Positions 1 through 8,683 of a stretch of DNA of 64,000 bases are shown in pieces (within the stretch, counting starts at the first letter, position 1; each line of letters begins with the position of its first letter). Origin of the DNA: a virus; the IMG/VR virus record IMGVR_UViG_3300044675_001548, positions 54,229-118,228 of that record. One strand, given 5' to 3'. Under the pieces are notes generated by a model that worked only from the letters and a program-made list of their open reading frames with translations, was not told where the DNA came from and searched no databases. The position numbers were made by a program, and so were the translations under genes.

Positions 1-162
1 GTAGATATTCAAGACCTTTCCGAAAATCTTTACGATTATGAAATTCTTGAAGTTTTAGATGGATTTAATGATACCTACACAGGCTCATCATTTAAAAGCT
101 ATGAAGAAGCACAAACAGCCTGTCTAGCTAATTTAATTGAAATTGTAGAACAAAAAAAATGA
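1..162 (+). CDS. 3' fragment of a small hypothetical phage protein (5' end outside window)
   Basis: Frame 1 is open from base 1 to TGA 160-162 and reads ...FKSYEEAQTACLANLIEIVEQKK; not in the ORF track. Confidence 0.6.
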   Translation, partial: VDIQDLSENLYDYEILEVLDGFNDTYTGSSFKSYEEAQTACLANLIEIVEQKK

Positions 163-256
163 GAATAGAATGAGATAAATAGTAGTAAAGTGCTAATCCA
201 GCAGATGCTAGGACCATGGGATGGTTAAAATGATTTTATTAATGATTTAAAAATTT

Positions 257-1006
257 ATGATTATGAAAAAAGGATTTATTCAAATAGCTACAACAACAGA
301 TTATACATTGTTTAACTATTTACCAATGAACAGAATTATTGATGCAAAACAAGTAGAAGCATTAGTACAGAGTCTCCGCAAGATTGGTGTAAGAAGATCA
401 GTAATGTGTATTAAAACAGATCTTATTGATGGTGAGTTAAAAACTTATATTATTGATGGTCAGCATTTGTTACATGCATGTCAAAGGGAAGGCGTTCCAG
501 TTAGATATGAATATGTTGAGGTAACTGATCTTGATGATATAGTACATACTATGGCATTTTACAATAACTCTTCCAAGTCTTGGAAGCTTATGGATTATGT
601 AAATGCTTGGTTATATATTCACCCTGATTACCTTACACTGAAAAAGTTTAAGAACTTGTATAACTTGGAACCACTAATGATTGCAGGTATTTGTAATAAT
701 TCAGATTCTTACAATGGTGTATCTGCTGCAAGTGATTTAATTAAAACTGGTAACTTTAGAGTTACAAATCCAAAAGCTCAAGCAATGTGTAAAGACTTTA
801 GTGATTTGTTTATTAAGATTGGTAAAGCTGATAGATGGGTTAAGCATAACTTCTTGAGAGTATTTATACAGGCTTATAATAGTAAAAATTATGACCATAA
901 AGCTACTCTTCAGAATATTGATGATAACATCAAGACTATTAAAGCTATGACAGATGTATCTGAGGCTAACCAGTTTATCCAAAAGAATGTATTTAATTTA
1001 ATTTAA
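257..1006 (+). CDS. ParB/Srx-like (DGQH-type) domain protein
   Basis: YIIDGQHLLHAC core motif followed by ParB-like helical region (NNSSKSWKLMDY); the usual Arg of DGQHR is Leu. Confidence 0.65.
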   Translation: MIMKKGFIQIATTTDYTLFNYLPMNRIIDAKQVEALVQSLRKIGVRRSVMCIKTDLIDGELKTYIIDGQHLLHACQREGVPVRYEYVEVTDLDDIVHTMAFYNNSSKSWKLMDYVNAWLYIHPDYLTLKKFKNLYNLEPLMIAGICNNSDSYNGVSAASDLIKTGNFRVTNPKAQAMCKDFSDLFIKIGKADRWVKHNFLRVFIQAYNSKNYDHKATLQNIDDNIKTIKAMTDVSEANQFIQKNVFNLI

Positions 1007-1010
1007 AAAA

Positions 1011-2105
1011 ATGAACAGGCAAGAAGTCCAAGAAGAAGCAATCAAAGCTACAGAGGGTAAACAACGTGTTTCAGTGGTACTTGGCACAGGGGTCGGCAAG
1101 ACCCTTGTTGGCCTAACTCATATAGAGCAAAACACTACAGAGTTGATGCGGTGTCTTATTGTAGCACCAAAGAAGGCAATCTTCCAATCATGGAAAGATG
1201 ATGCTGTGAAATTTGGTAAACAAAATTTATTAGGTAGAATGACATTCACTACTTACTTAAGTCTGAACAAACACAATCCTAATGATTATGATGCTGTCTA
1301 TTTGGATGAGATGCATAGTCTACTGGATAGTCACCGGGGATTCCTCCAGTTATACAAAGGTAAAATCCTTGGTCTAACTGGTACTCCACCTAAGCGTGAT
1401 TATTCAGAGAAAGGTAAGTTAGTAAATGAGTTCTGTCCTGTAGTATATACATTCAAAGCAGATGATGCTGTAGAGAATGGAATACTAAATGACTATCAGA
1501 TTATAGTACACCAGATTCAATTAACTGATCAAAAGGTGTATCCAGTCAAAGTAGGCAATAAACAGTATTTAGCATCTGAGATAGATAACTATACTTACTG
1601 GTCTAGAAGATTAGATGTAGGGTCAGGAAATGTGCATATGCTCAGAGTGATGAGAATGAAGGCTATGATGGAGTATCCTAGTAAAGAAAGATATACTAAA
1701 AAGCTAATGGAAAGCATTAGTACTAAGTGCATTATATTTGCTAATACTCAAGCCCAGGCTGATAGATTATGTGAATACAGCTATCATAGCGGTAATAAGG
1801 AGTCTGAGGATAATCTAGAACTGTTTAAGAAAGGTGAAATTACTAAGTTATCTACGGTACTGCAGTTAAATGAGGGTGTGAATATACCCAATCTTAAGCA
1901 AGGTATCATTATGCATGCGTATGGTAATGAGAGAAAAGCTGCACAGAGAATTGGTAGGTTACTCCGGTTAAACCCTGATGACAAAGCTATTGTACACATA
2001 CTATGTTATATGGATTCAATAGATGAAAAATGGGTAAAAGAAGCCTTGGAGAACTTTGACCAGACTAAAATTATTTGGAAAGATTTTAATATTTCATTAT
2101 ATTAA
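1011..2105 (+). CDS. Superfamily 2 helicase
   Basis: Walker A GTGVGKT, DEMH, motif III LTGTP, LNEGVNIP, motif VI QRIGRLLR. Confidence 0.9.
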   Translation: MNRQEVQEEAIKATEGKQRVSVVLGTGVGKTLVGLTHIEQNTTELMRCLIVAPKKAIFQSWKDDAVKFGKQNLLGRMTFTTYLSLNKHNPNDYDAVYLDEMHSLLDSHRGFLQLYKGKILGLTGTPPKRDYSEKGKLVNEFCPVVYTFKADDAVENGILNDYQIIVHQIQLTDQKVYPVKVGNKQYLASEIDNYTYWSRRLDVGSGNVHMLRVMRMKAMMEYPSKERYTKKLMESISTKCIIFANTQAQADRLCEYSYHSGNKESEDNLELFKKGEITKLSTVLQLNEGVNIPNLKQGIIMHAYGNERKAAQRIGRLLRLNPDDKAIVHILCYMDSIDEKWVKEALENFDQTKIIWKDFNISLY

Positions 2106-2109
2106 TAGT

Positions 2110-2364
2110 ATGGAAGAGACTAAAACACACAAGCTGGCAATTTACAATGATGATGTAAATTCCTATGATTATGTTACAGCATGTCTTATTAAGTTATGTA
2201 AACATAATCCTATACAAGCAGAACAATGTGCTATTACAGCACATAATGTAGGAAAATGTGTAGTAAAATCTGGTGCTTTCTTGGACATGTTTGAGTTAAA
2301 AACTACTTTTGATGATCTAGACATTAAGTCTGAAATTGAGGAATATGCAAGTGATATGTATTAA
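2110..2364 (+). CDS. clpS: ClpS-like N-degron adaptor protein
   Basis: LAIYNDDVNSYDYVTACL...AEQCAITAHNVGKCVV matches the ClpS core, including the N-D-D and His substrate-binding residues; start moved from 2056 to in-frame ATG 2110, just after the helicase stop. Confidence 0.8.
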   Translation: MEETKTHKLAIYNDDVNSYDYVTACLIKLCKHNPIQAEQCAITAHNVGKCVVKSGAFLDMFELKTTFDDLDIKSEIEEYASDMY

Positions 2365-2620
2365 TGATGAGAATAAGCCAAAAAGAATCTCTCCATATGA
2401 ATGGATTGAGGAAGGTAAAACCTATACTGTTGTAGAAGTATCTAAAATGGGTTTACAAGCCGGTAAATTTGGATATAAACTTAAAGAAGTGCAACTATCA
2501 GAACAGTCATTTCCATATGAATATTACAATGCAGACAGATTTGTACCAGTAGAGCCATTAAAACAAGCATTAAAAGAAGAAAGAGTAGAAGAAATCTCTG
2601 CAGATCTAGAACTAGTTTAA
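2345..2620 (+). CDS. Hypothetical protein
   Basis: ORF track (start 2336); ATG 2345 (MQVICINDENKP) preferred; coupled to clpS. Confidence 0.7.
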   Translation: MQVICINDENKPKRISPYEWIEEGKTYTVVEVSKMGLQAGKFGYKLKEVQLSEQSFPYEYYNADRFVPVEPLKQALKEERVEEISADLELV

Positions 2621-2630
2621 CTTAACACAT

Positions 2631-3071
2631 ATGGAAGAGTACACTAAAGAAGATGTAGTGGAAGCTCTTTTAAAAATCCCTAACAAGTCAAGACATAGAG
2701 TATTAGTTGATCAAAGAAGTTACTTAGTGGCTATTTTAGCTTATAGATTTTTATTAACTGAAAACACTATTGCTAGTCTTACTGGTTTTAAAAGAGACAA
2801 AGTAAACTACAATAAAAAACTTGCATTACAGTTACATGCAGATAAGTCTTATCAGCAAAATGTCTATGTGTATGCTCAAATGTTTCCATTTGATTTTAGT
2901 GTAATTGAACCAAATGAAATTGGTAGCCATAGATCAAAAAGAATTGAACTTGATCTTGATAGAAAGTTTTATAACAAGTTAAAAGCAATTGGAAATATAA
3001 AAGGTCACTCAGACATAAGAGTTACAATCAAATTTTTTTTAGAAAAAAGTATAAAAATATGGGAAGAATGA
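2631..3071 (+). CDS. Putative DNA-binding protein (DnaA-C/TrpR-like HTH plus possible C-terminal ribbon-helix-helix)
   Basis: SRHRVLVDQRSYLVAIL...TENTIASLTGFKRDKV resembles the DnaA domain IV pattern; C-terminal RIELDLDRKFYNKLKAIG...IRVTIKFFLE is RHH-like. Confidence 0.45.
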   Translation: MEEYTKEDVVEALLKIPNKSRHRVLVDQRSYLVAILAYRFLLTENTIASLTGFKRDKVNYNKKLALQLHADKSYQQNVYVYAQMFPFDFSVIEPNEIGSHRSKRIELDLDRKFYNKLKAIGNIKGHSDIRVTIKFFLEKSIKIWEE

Positions 3072-3319
3072 AAGAACTTTGTATGGATATTATTGAAGCC
3101 AATGGTGGTATACCTGAAGGCATGACTATAGGAGATGTAGTCAAAATGAAAGAGTTAGAAAATTATAATTGGCATGAGTATGAACGACAACAAGAGAAAA
3201 ACAGACTACAACAGTATCAACAAGAAAATACAGGAGAGACTGGAAAGGTTGAACAAGTCAGCAAAAAATTCTCCCAGAGATATGGAGAAGCCAAAGAACA
3301 AAAAAACAGTGAACAATGA
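3059..3319 (+). CDS. Hypothetical protein
   Basis: ORF track; overlaps neighbours in the same operon. Confidence 0.65.
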   Translation: MGRMKELCMDIIEANGGIPEGMTIGDVVKMKELENYNWHEYERQQEKNRLQQYQQENTGETGKVEQVSKKFSQRYGEAKEQKNSEQ

Positions 3320-3768
3320 AGAAGGTGATTAATTTATTAGGAGCAATACTAATTACAGGAAGTGTTAGTGCTCAATGGACTTATGAGAAAATAGATAATG
3401 GTTTTGATGACCCTTACAAGGTTGCATACACAGAAACAGATAACAATGCTTTTCTTAAGCTAGAAAGAGTGGATACCAATACTATACTTTTTATTAAAGG
3501 TGGTTACTATTGTGATGATAAGCCTGAAGTAGATATAGTATTTGTAGTGAATGGTGTAGATAAGAAGTATAGAAAAGTTTGTGATAAGTCTGAGAAAAAT
3601 AACATAGTTTTCCTAACCTGGTCATTGGAATTGAGACCTGAGATGCTTGCAGATTTTAAAGCAGCATCTGCAGTAAAAATTAGGATAAATGAGAGTTATT
3701 GTACAACAGAAACTTATAAGTTTAACATGAGTGGTAGCAAAGCTGCTTATGACTTTATGCTAAAATAA
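3316..3768 (+). CDS. Exported protein with Sec signal peptide
   Basis: MKKVINLLGAILITGSVSA|QW: basic N-region, hydrophobic core, VSA cleavage site; mature Gln start is typical of Bacteroidota secreted proteins. Confidence 0.75.
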   Translation: MKKVINLLGAILITGSVSAQWTYEKIDNGFDDPYKVAYTETDNNAFLKLERVDTNTILFIKGGYYCDDKPEVDIVFVVNGVDKKYRKVCDKSEKNNIVFLTWSLELRPEMLADFKAASAVKIRINESYCTTETYKFNMSGSKAAYDFMLK

Positions 3769-3783
3769 TTAAAACAAGCAAAC

Positions 3784-4029
3784 ATGAAAAAGATAATTAG
3801 TGTCTTACTGTTAAGTTTAGTCCTTTTAAGCTGTAAAAAAAAAGAGTGCAAATGTGCTGATGTAAAGGATAAAGATATTGATCATATGCTTAGCTCATCT
3901 GGTAATGTCATAGGAACTTCCTATACTATACTATTTTATGATCCTTGTATTCGTGAGTCTAGATGGGTAAGTGTTAGTGAGGAGCTGTACAATAGCTTAG
4001 GACTTGGTGATACTTATTGTATACCTTAA
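3784..4029 (+). CDS. Putative lipoprotein
   Basis: MKKIISVLLLSLVLLS-C lipobox followed by KKKE. Confidence 0.75.
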   Translation: MKKIISVLLLSLVLLSCKKKECKCADVKDKDIDHMLSSSGNVIGTSYTILFYDPCIRESRWVSVSEELYNSLGLGDTYCIP

Positions 4030-4220
4030 TGCTTCACTTTATTAAGTACCTAGTGGTATGGATAAGCCAAAACTTATCTGTACCATTTTGGATGGTTGGT
4101 CATGTACATTTGATGTCCACTATATATGAGGACATTCATGAAATAATAGCATCTTGTGGTATGAATGTACTAGTTGCTGCTGGATTTATTATTGATTATT
4201 TAGAACAAAAAAACAAGTAA
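4029..4220 (+). CDS. Small membrane protein
   Basis: Hydrophobic 63-aa ORF; ATG 4029 overlaps the upstream TAA (TAATG). Confidence 0.65.
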   Translation: MLHFIKYLVVWISQNLSVPFWMVGHVHLMSTIYEDIHEIIASCGMNVLVAAGFIIDYLEQKNK

Positions 4221-4222
4221 AA

Positions 4223-4570
4223 ATGGCAGTTAACAATAAAGTAAAAAATTCAGGAAGGCCTAAGAAGGTTAAGAATGATGATTTTGTAATGATGAAGAGT
4301 GATTTGGAACTTAACTTAGAAAAAGCACAGGCATGGCTTAAAGTTAAGGATGAGGTTATTGCAGACTTAGAAACTAAGTTAGATGAGGCTTATAAAGAGC
4401 AAGAAGACATGCTTAAAGAAGTAGATAAGTGGGTATTCCAAGTAATACACCATTGTGCTGAAGTAGAATCTAAAACAGGTAGAATTACACTACATGATGT
4501 AGACTACTGTGTAGATTTGATCAAAAGAATTATGAAACATAAATTTGAAAGTAAACCTGAAAACTATTAA
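4223..4570 (+). CDS. Hypothetical coiled-coil protein
   Basis: ORF track; heptad-like Leu/Glu/Lys-rich middle. Confidence 0.65.
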   Translation: MAVNNKVKNSGRPKKVKNDDFVMMKSDLELNLEKAQAWLKVKDEVIADLETKLDEAYKEQEDMLKEVDKWVFQVIHHCAEVESKTGRITLHDVDYCVDLIKRIMKHKFESKPENY

Positions 4571-4572
4571 TT

Positions 4573-4974
4573 ATGAAAGATGTTGTTTTAGCACTTATGA
4601 TAGGTGCAGCCTTTATGTATGAAATGTGGGTGTTTCTTAAAACAAGAGCATTTGTAAAAGTAATTTACATGTTGCCAAATGATGATGAAGATAAAAAATC
4701 AATAAAACTTGCAACTGGTTGTTTTTCAGCAATTTATTTGATGTGGTTAATTTTAGGAATGGCTATTAGTGGACTATGGTATGCTTACTTAGGTATTTTT
4801 GTATTATCTCTTTTACAAGCTCCTGTGGCCAAATATTTTAAGAAAAATAAGCACTGGGAAAGTTTGATACTATTTAAGAAGATAGATGGTATAATATCTA
4901 TGGCTATTCTTATATGGTTATTTGTAGCTCATTTTCATCCTGAACTACTTGGATCTTGGAAAATTAACCTTTAA
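4573..4974 (+). CDS. Integral membrane protein (about 4 TM)
   Basis: Four hydrophobic segments, e.g. FSAIYLMWLILGMAISGLWYAYLGIFVLSLL. Confidence 0.75.
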   Translation: MKDVVLALMIGAAFMYEMWVFLKTRAFVKVIYMLPNDDEDKKSIKLATGCFSAIYLMWLILGMAISGLWYAYLGIFVLSLLQAPVAKYFKKNKHWESLILFKKIDGIISMAILIWLFVAHFHPELLGSWKINL

Positions 4975-4985
4975 ATCAGAATAGA

Positions 4986-5342
4986 ATGAAAGCAAATGAA
5001 TTAAGAATAGGAAATTATGTTTATGATACTTTAGGTAAAGTAAATAAAATAGATTTAGAAGCAATTACCTATATTGTAAAAGAACCACATAATCAAGTTA
5101 AACCAATACCACTAACTGAAGAATGGTTGTTAAAGTTTGGGTTTGAGAAGTCAAAAGTAAGTAGCCAATTTGACAAAGAAAAATTAACAATACAAGTATC
5201 AAATGAATTAGAGCGTCATAAAAAAGGTAGAGTTTATTTTAATTCTTGGGCTATTTTAGAGGAATCTATTAAATATGTTCACCAACTACAAAACTTATAC
5301 TTTGCACTGACAGGAGAAGAATTAACCTTTAAATCAGAATAG
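4986..5342 (+). CDS. Hypothetical protein (MKANELRIGN-type small phage protein)
   Basis: ORF track; N-terminal ELRIGNYV and C-terminal YVHQLQNLYFALTGEEL are a pattern I recognise from Bacteroidota phages. Confidence 0.75.
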   Translation: MKANELRIGNYVYDTLGKVNKIDLEAITYIVKEPHNQVKPIPLTEEWLLKFGFEKSKVSSQFDKEKLTIQVSNELERHKKGRVYFNSWAILEESIKYVHQLQNLYFALTGEELTFKSE

Positions 5343-5343
5343 A

Positions 5344-5517
5344 ATGATAATAGTAAAATGTAATGATAAAAATATAGGAGAAATAAAATGTGAATCAATG
5401 TATGAAGCTCACACTTGGAAAATATATCTTAATGCAAATGGATATGAATGTGAAGTGCTTAATAATGGAGAATCAATAAATCTCTCTAATGAAATTCAAC
5501 ACCCAAATAGTTATTAA
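5344..5517 (+). CDS. Hypothetical 57-aa protein (below ORF-track cutoff)
   Basis: ATG 5344 to TAA 5517 (MIIVKCNDKNIGEIKCESMYEAHTWK...), bounded by repeat copies 2 and 3. Confidence 0.6.
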   Translation: MIIVKCNDKNIGEIKCESMYEAHTWKIYLNANGYECEVLNNGESINLSNEIQHPNSY

Positions 5518-5535
5518 CCTTTAAATCAGAATAAG

Positions 5536-5820
5536 ATGGAAGAAAAAATAACAAATGAAACATTAATTCAAGATGGTTGGATTAATGAGGGTATTAGTTA
5601 CTCTAGAGATTGGGCTGGATCAAAATATAGATTGTTTCTATCCCATAATTATGGAGTAGATGGTAATTATTTTATAAAGCTTCAACAAGATTTGAGTGAC
5701 TATTCTCCTTCAATAAACATAAACTGTTTAACAATGAGAGATTTGGAATCAGTACAATATTTGTTTCACAGAGCAACTGCTTTGGATGTAATAAAAGATG
5801 TCATGAGAAATTATCTTTAG
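5536..5820 (+). CDS. Hypothetical protein
   Basis: ORF track; follows repeat copy 3. Confidence 0.65.
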   Translation: MEEKITNETLIQDGWINEGISYSRDWAGSKYRLFLSHNYGVDGNYFIKLQQDLSDYSPSININCLTMRDLESVQYLFHRATALDVIKDVMRNYL

Positions 5821-5824
5821 ATGT

Positions 5825-6109
5825 ATGACACTCAGAGATACAGAACTAATAGGTAGGAGACTTGTAAAGTATGGGTTTTTTAGATCTAATAACAATCATC
5901 ATAATTATGAGTGCTTGAGAAGACATGCTCGTACTGGTATTGGTATAAAGTTTATCAAATATGGTTCAATATGGGTGGCAGATTTTCTTTATCATATTGA
6001 TCATTGTACAATGGTAAAGTTTAATCACCATGAGGCTGTATTTACTCCAGAATGGGTAATAGAGGAACATGATAAATTAATAGCAATGTTTAAATTTTTA
6101 AGAGGATGA
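5825..6109 (+). CDS. Hypothetical protein
   Basis: ORF track; tight operon spacing. Confidence 0.65.
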   Translation: MTLRDTELIGRRLVKYGFFRSNNNHHNYECLRRHARTGIGIKFIKYGSIWVADFLYHIDHCTMVKFNHHEAVFTPEWVIEEHDKLIAMFKFLRG

Positions 6110-6513
6110 TAAAAACATTTAAAGATCCTAAGATTATGAAATTAATCCAGGAAATTTGTACAGAACATCAACTGGTTGCAAAACCAAGTGATAGTAATAT
6201 TGGATATTTATGGTTTATGTATGCAGCAGGTACTAAAGCAGGAACATTTAGACCCTTTATCTTTTTAGCAGAGTTAAACTTACTAGTTAAAACAGGTTAT
6301 ACTACTGAAGATGAAAAGCAGAACATGCTTGGTATGTTTCTTAGTTCAGATGAGGATAATGCTAATATAATGGCATATTCTATTCTTACATTAAGAAGCA
6401 ACAGAATAAAAGATATGGGATTGTGGACTCCTGATAATGATAAATACAGTGAAATTGATTACATTAGAGATATTATTAACACTGAAATATTTATGAACCA
6501 ATGGCACAAATAA
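6106..6513 (+). CDS. Hypothetical protein carrying the shared M-F-x-S-S-D-x-D-N motif
   Basis: ORF track; contains MLGMFLSSDEDNANIMA. Confidence 0.7.
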   Translation: MIKTFKDPKIMKLIQEICTEHQLVAKPSDSNIGYLWFMYAAGTKAGTFRPFIFLAELNLLVKTGYTTEDEKQNMLGMFLSSDEDNANIMAYSILTLRSNRIKDMGLWTPDNDKYSEIDYIRDIINTEIFMNQWHK

Positions 6514-6725
6514 TTTTAAGGTTTAGAGAAGATGAACTTGAAGATGCTAGAACAGCATTGGATGGTTGGAAATGGAAAATGGCTATGTGGGATCTTGATC
6601 AACATCTCAGAAGTGAGATAAAGTATAATGAGAAGTTATCTGCAGAAGCAGATGAAGCTTATCAAGCTATCAGAGATAAGATCCGGGAAATATTACATGA
6701 CAGTAACTTAAATATAGAATCATGA
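6501..6725 (+). CDS. Hypothetical protein
   Basis: ORF track; overlapping junctions on both sides. Confidence 0.7.
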   Translation: MAQIILRFREDELEDARTALDGWKWKMAMWDLDQHLRSEIKYNEKLSAEADEAYQAIRDKIREILHDSNLNIES

Positions 6726-6904
6726 CTTGTGTAAAATGTGGAGCTCCTGCAACTAAGAGGTATAGTCCTGATCTTGATATCAAGGGTATAGGAATGTGTG
6801 CTGAGCATACTGATGAAATTATGATGGATCTTATGGTAGCTCAGTTTGACAAAAGAGGCTGGGAGAAATTTGAGAAAAAGTATTTACCTAAAAAAGATAA
6901 GTGA
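6722..6904 (+). CDS. Small putative zinc-binding protein
   Basis: CVKC...CAEH (CxxC...CxxH). Confidence 0.6.
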   Translation: MTCVKCGAPATKRYSPDLDIKGIGMCAEHTDEIMMDLMVAQFDKRGWEKFEKKYLPKKDK

Positions 6905-6999
6905 TGGAATTTGTGATTATAACAGTAGTAGTATTTGCAGTTGCAGGTTTAATAATTAATAGCTTAAGAAATGAAAATTATTATAACTGGGATGATTGA
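6904..6999 (+). CDS. 31-aa single-TM micropeptide (below ORF-track cutoff)
   Basis: MEFVIITVVVFAVAGLIINSLRNENYYNWDD*; ATG overlaps the upstream TGA. Confidence 0.5.
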   Translation: MEFVIITVVVFAVAGLIINSLRNENYYNWDD

Positions 7000-7047
7000 T
7001 TGTGTATACACAGCTATCATCAGTATTATTTATAAAAATCTGGAATA

Positions 7048-7299
7048 ATGACAGAAAAAGAATTAGTTGAATTAGGCTTTGAAAAGGTAAGTATTACTGA
7101 TGATGAAAGCCAGAATGGATATGATTACTATTACTACCAAAAAGAAATGTGCAGTGGTGTTGTGTTACACAGCTCTGATAGTATAGATACTAAGGGTGAT
7201 AACTGGACATTGAAATGTTTTGAGATCCCGGCTATTAGTATCAGCACTAAGGATCATTATGATCAGTTTCTTGAAGTGATGAACAATATAATTTGTTAA
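7048..7299 (+). CDS. Hypothetical protein
   Basis: ORF track. Confidence 0.7.
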   Translation: MTEKELVELGFEKVSITDDESQNGYDYYYYQKEMCSGVVLHSSDSIDTKGDNWTLKCFEIPAISISTKDHYDQFLEVMNNIIC

Positions 7300-7301
7300 T
7301 T

Positions 7302-7655
7302 ATGTTTAGTGGAAGATTAATTAAAAAAGATGGTAAACTTACTTATGCTAGCCCTCAAGATAAATTGGCTTATGACATATTCATTAGCAAATTAGAAGAG
7401 GGTCAGATAGTAGAAATGTATATTGATCTTGCAAATGCAGATCATAGTAAAGCACAACTTGCAAAAGTACATGCTTGTATTAGAGAAATGGCAAAAGAGT
7501 CCGGGTACACTTTTGATGAAATGAAAGATGTGGTAAAAGAAGCATCTGGTCTGGGAGGTAAATCCTTTGCAGATTGTAGTAAGGATGAACTTATGTTAGC
7601 TATAGAAGCTTGTATACAAATAGGAAGAGAACAGTTTAATCTTAATCTTGGGTAG
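7302..7655 (+). CDS. NinB/Orf-like recombination protein (putative)
   Basis: HSKAQLAKVHACIREMAKESGYTFDEMK...KSFADCSKDELMLAIE resembles the NinB pattern (S.xQ...H.....ia; ST..lsk.e); start taken at ATG 7302. Confidence 0.5.
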   Translation: MFSGRLIKKDGKLTYASPQDKLAYDIFISKLEEGQIVEMYIDLANADHSKAQLAKVHACIREMAKESGYTFDEMKDVVKEASGLGGKSFADCSKDELMLAIEACIQIGREQFNLNLG

Positions 7656-7971
7656 GCTCTACATAGCCTTCATCTCCTGGTTCTAATATTTCTTTTTCTT
7701 CAAACATATTGTTAGCAATAGCTTGTTTTTCAATTTCAGCTAACAAGAGAGTAGTTGTATAAAAGTGTTGTTGTAGTTCAGTTTCCAGCTCATTGTATTT
7801 TTTGGTCATTACAGCTTTAAGATCCTCTTCAATAGTTTCTTTTGGAAGGTTTTTGAAGATATAGTAAGACAAACCTTTTACCATGAGATAAAAAGCTTTG
7901 TTAACTTTGACATCAACTATAACATCATCCTTTAGTTCTTTAACCTTTACCATTGTATTAATTTTAAACAA
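7642..7971 (-). CDS. Hypothetical protein, lone reverse-strand gene within the early arm
   Basis: 109-aa ORF with protein-like composition that fills the gap between + strand genes; alternative start 7953. Confidence 0.7.
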   Translation of the reverse strand: MFKINTMVKVKELKDDVIVDVKVNKAFYLMVKGLSYYIFKNLPKETIEEDLKAVMTKKYNELETELQQHFYTTTLLLAEIEKQAIANNMFEEKEILEPGDEGYVEPTQD

Positions 7972-7984
7972 AAATAGAAAAAAA

Positions 7985-8683
7985 ATGGACTTAGAAGAAA
8001 TTAAACAAAAAATGTTTACTAAACTTGGACCCAGCGGCTGGGACAGGGTATTTAAATCTTTTATATTTAGCAGTGACTTTGATGATATACTTACTAAGCT
8101 ATATACACTGAGTCAGGATGATAAGAGATTTACTCCACCACTAAAACAAGTGTTCAGAGCATTTGAAGAATGTCCTTATGACAAGCTAAAAGTAGTTATA
8201 GTGGGTCAGGATCCATATCCACAGTTAGGAGTTGCAGACGGTATATCATTTAGTTGTGGTAACACAGGTAAATTACAACCAAGTCTTAAGTATATCTTAG
8301 GAGAAGTAAACAGGACAGTATACAATGGTCATCCAGTAAGTGAAGATGTAGATCTTACCAGATGGTCTAATCAAGGTATACTTATGCTTAATACAGCTCT
8401 TACAACTGAGGTAAGTAAAATAGGTAGTCACTATGATATATGGAAGAAGTTTACCGCATATCTATTAGACTGGCTTAATAACTACAACCCCGGACTAATT
8501 TATGTATACATGGGTAAGAAGGCTGAAGAATGGTCTGAACTTACTACTAATACAGATTATAAGTTTATGGTAAAGCATCCTGCTAGTGCTGCATATAATG
8601 GATCTAAATGGGATTCAGATGATGTTTTTGTTAAGATATCTACAATAGTAACTAACACCACAGGTGAAATAATAACTTGGTAA
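7985..8683 (+). CDS. ung: Uracil-DNA glycosylase, family 1
   Basis: KVVIVGQDPYP (motif A), QPSL, GILMLNTALT, KHPAS (motif B variant); start corrected to ATG 7985. Confidence 0.95.
   Translation: MDLEEIKQKMFTKLGPSGWDRVFKSFIFSSDFDDILTKLYTLSQDDKRFTPPLKQVFRAFEECPYDKLKVVIVGQDPYPQLGVADGISFSCGNTGKLQPSLKYILGEVNRTVYNGHPVSEDVDLTRWSNQGILMLNTALTTEVSKIGSHYDIWKKFTAYLLDWLNNYNPGLIYVYMGKKAEEWSELTTNTDYKFMVKHPASAAYNGSKWDSDDVFVKISTIVTNTTGEIITW

Larger units (their letters stand above)
4963..5533 (+). repeat. Three dispersed copies of ATTAACCTTTAAATCAGAATA(GAATGA) at consecutive gene junctions
   Basis: Copies at 4963-4989 and 5321-5347 (27/27 identical) and 5513-5533 (21 bp identical); each begins exactly 23 nt before an ATG. 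Confidence 0.9.

Noticed and set aside
4963-5533. CRISPR array interpretation of the three direct repeats
   Set aside because: The intervening segments are 331 and 165 bp and are full ORFs; no cas genes and no regular spacing.
7898-7984. Extended N-termini given by the ORF track for ung (7898), clpS (2056) and the last gene (TTG 63809)
   Set aside because: The ung and clpS extensions overlap neighbouring genes and lack family similarity, so internal ATGs fit better. The last ORF is open to the window edge and is truncated rather than starting at 63809.
7985-8683. Uracil-substituted genome
   Set aside because: An intact-looking family-1 UNG argues against U-DNA; no Ugi-like or dCTP deaminase gene recognised.
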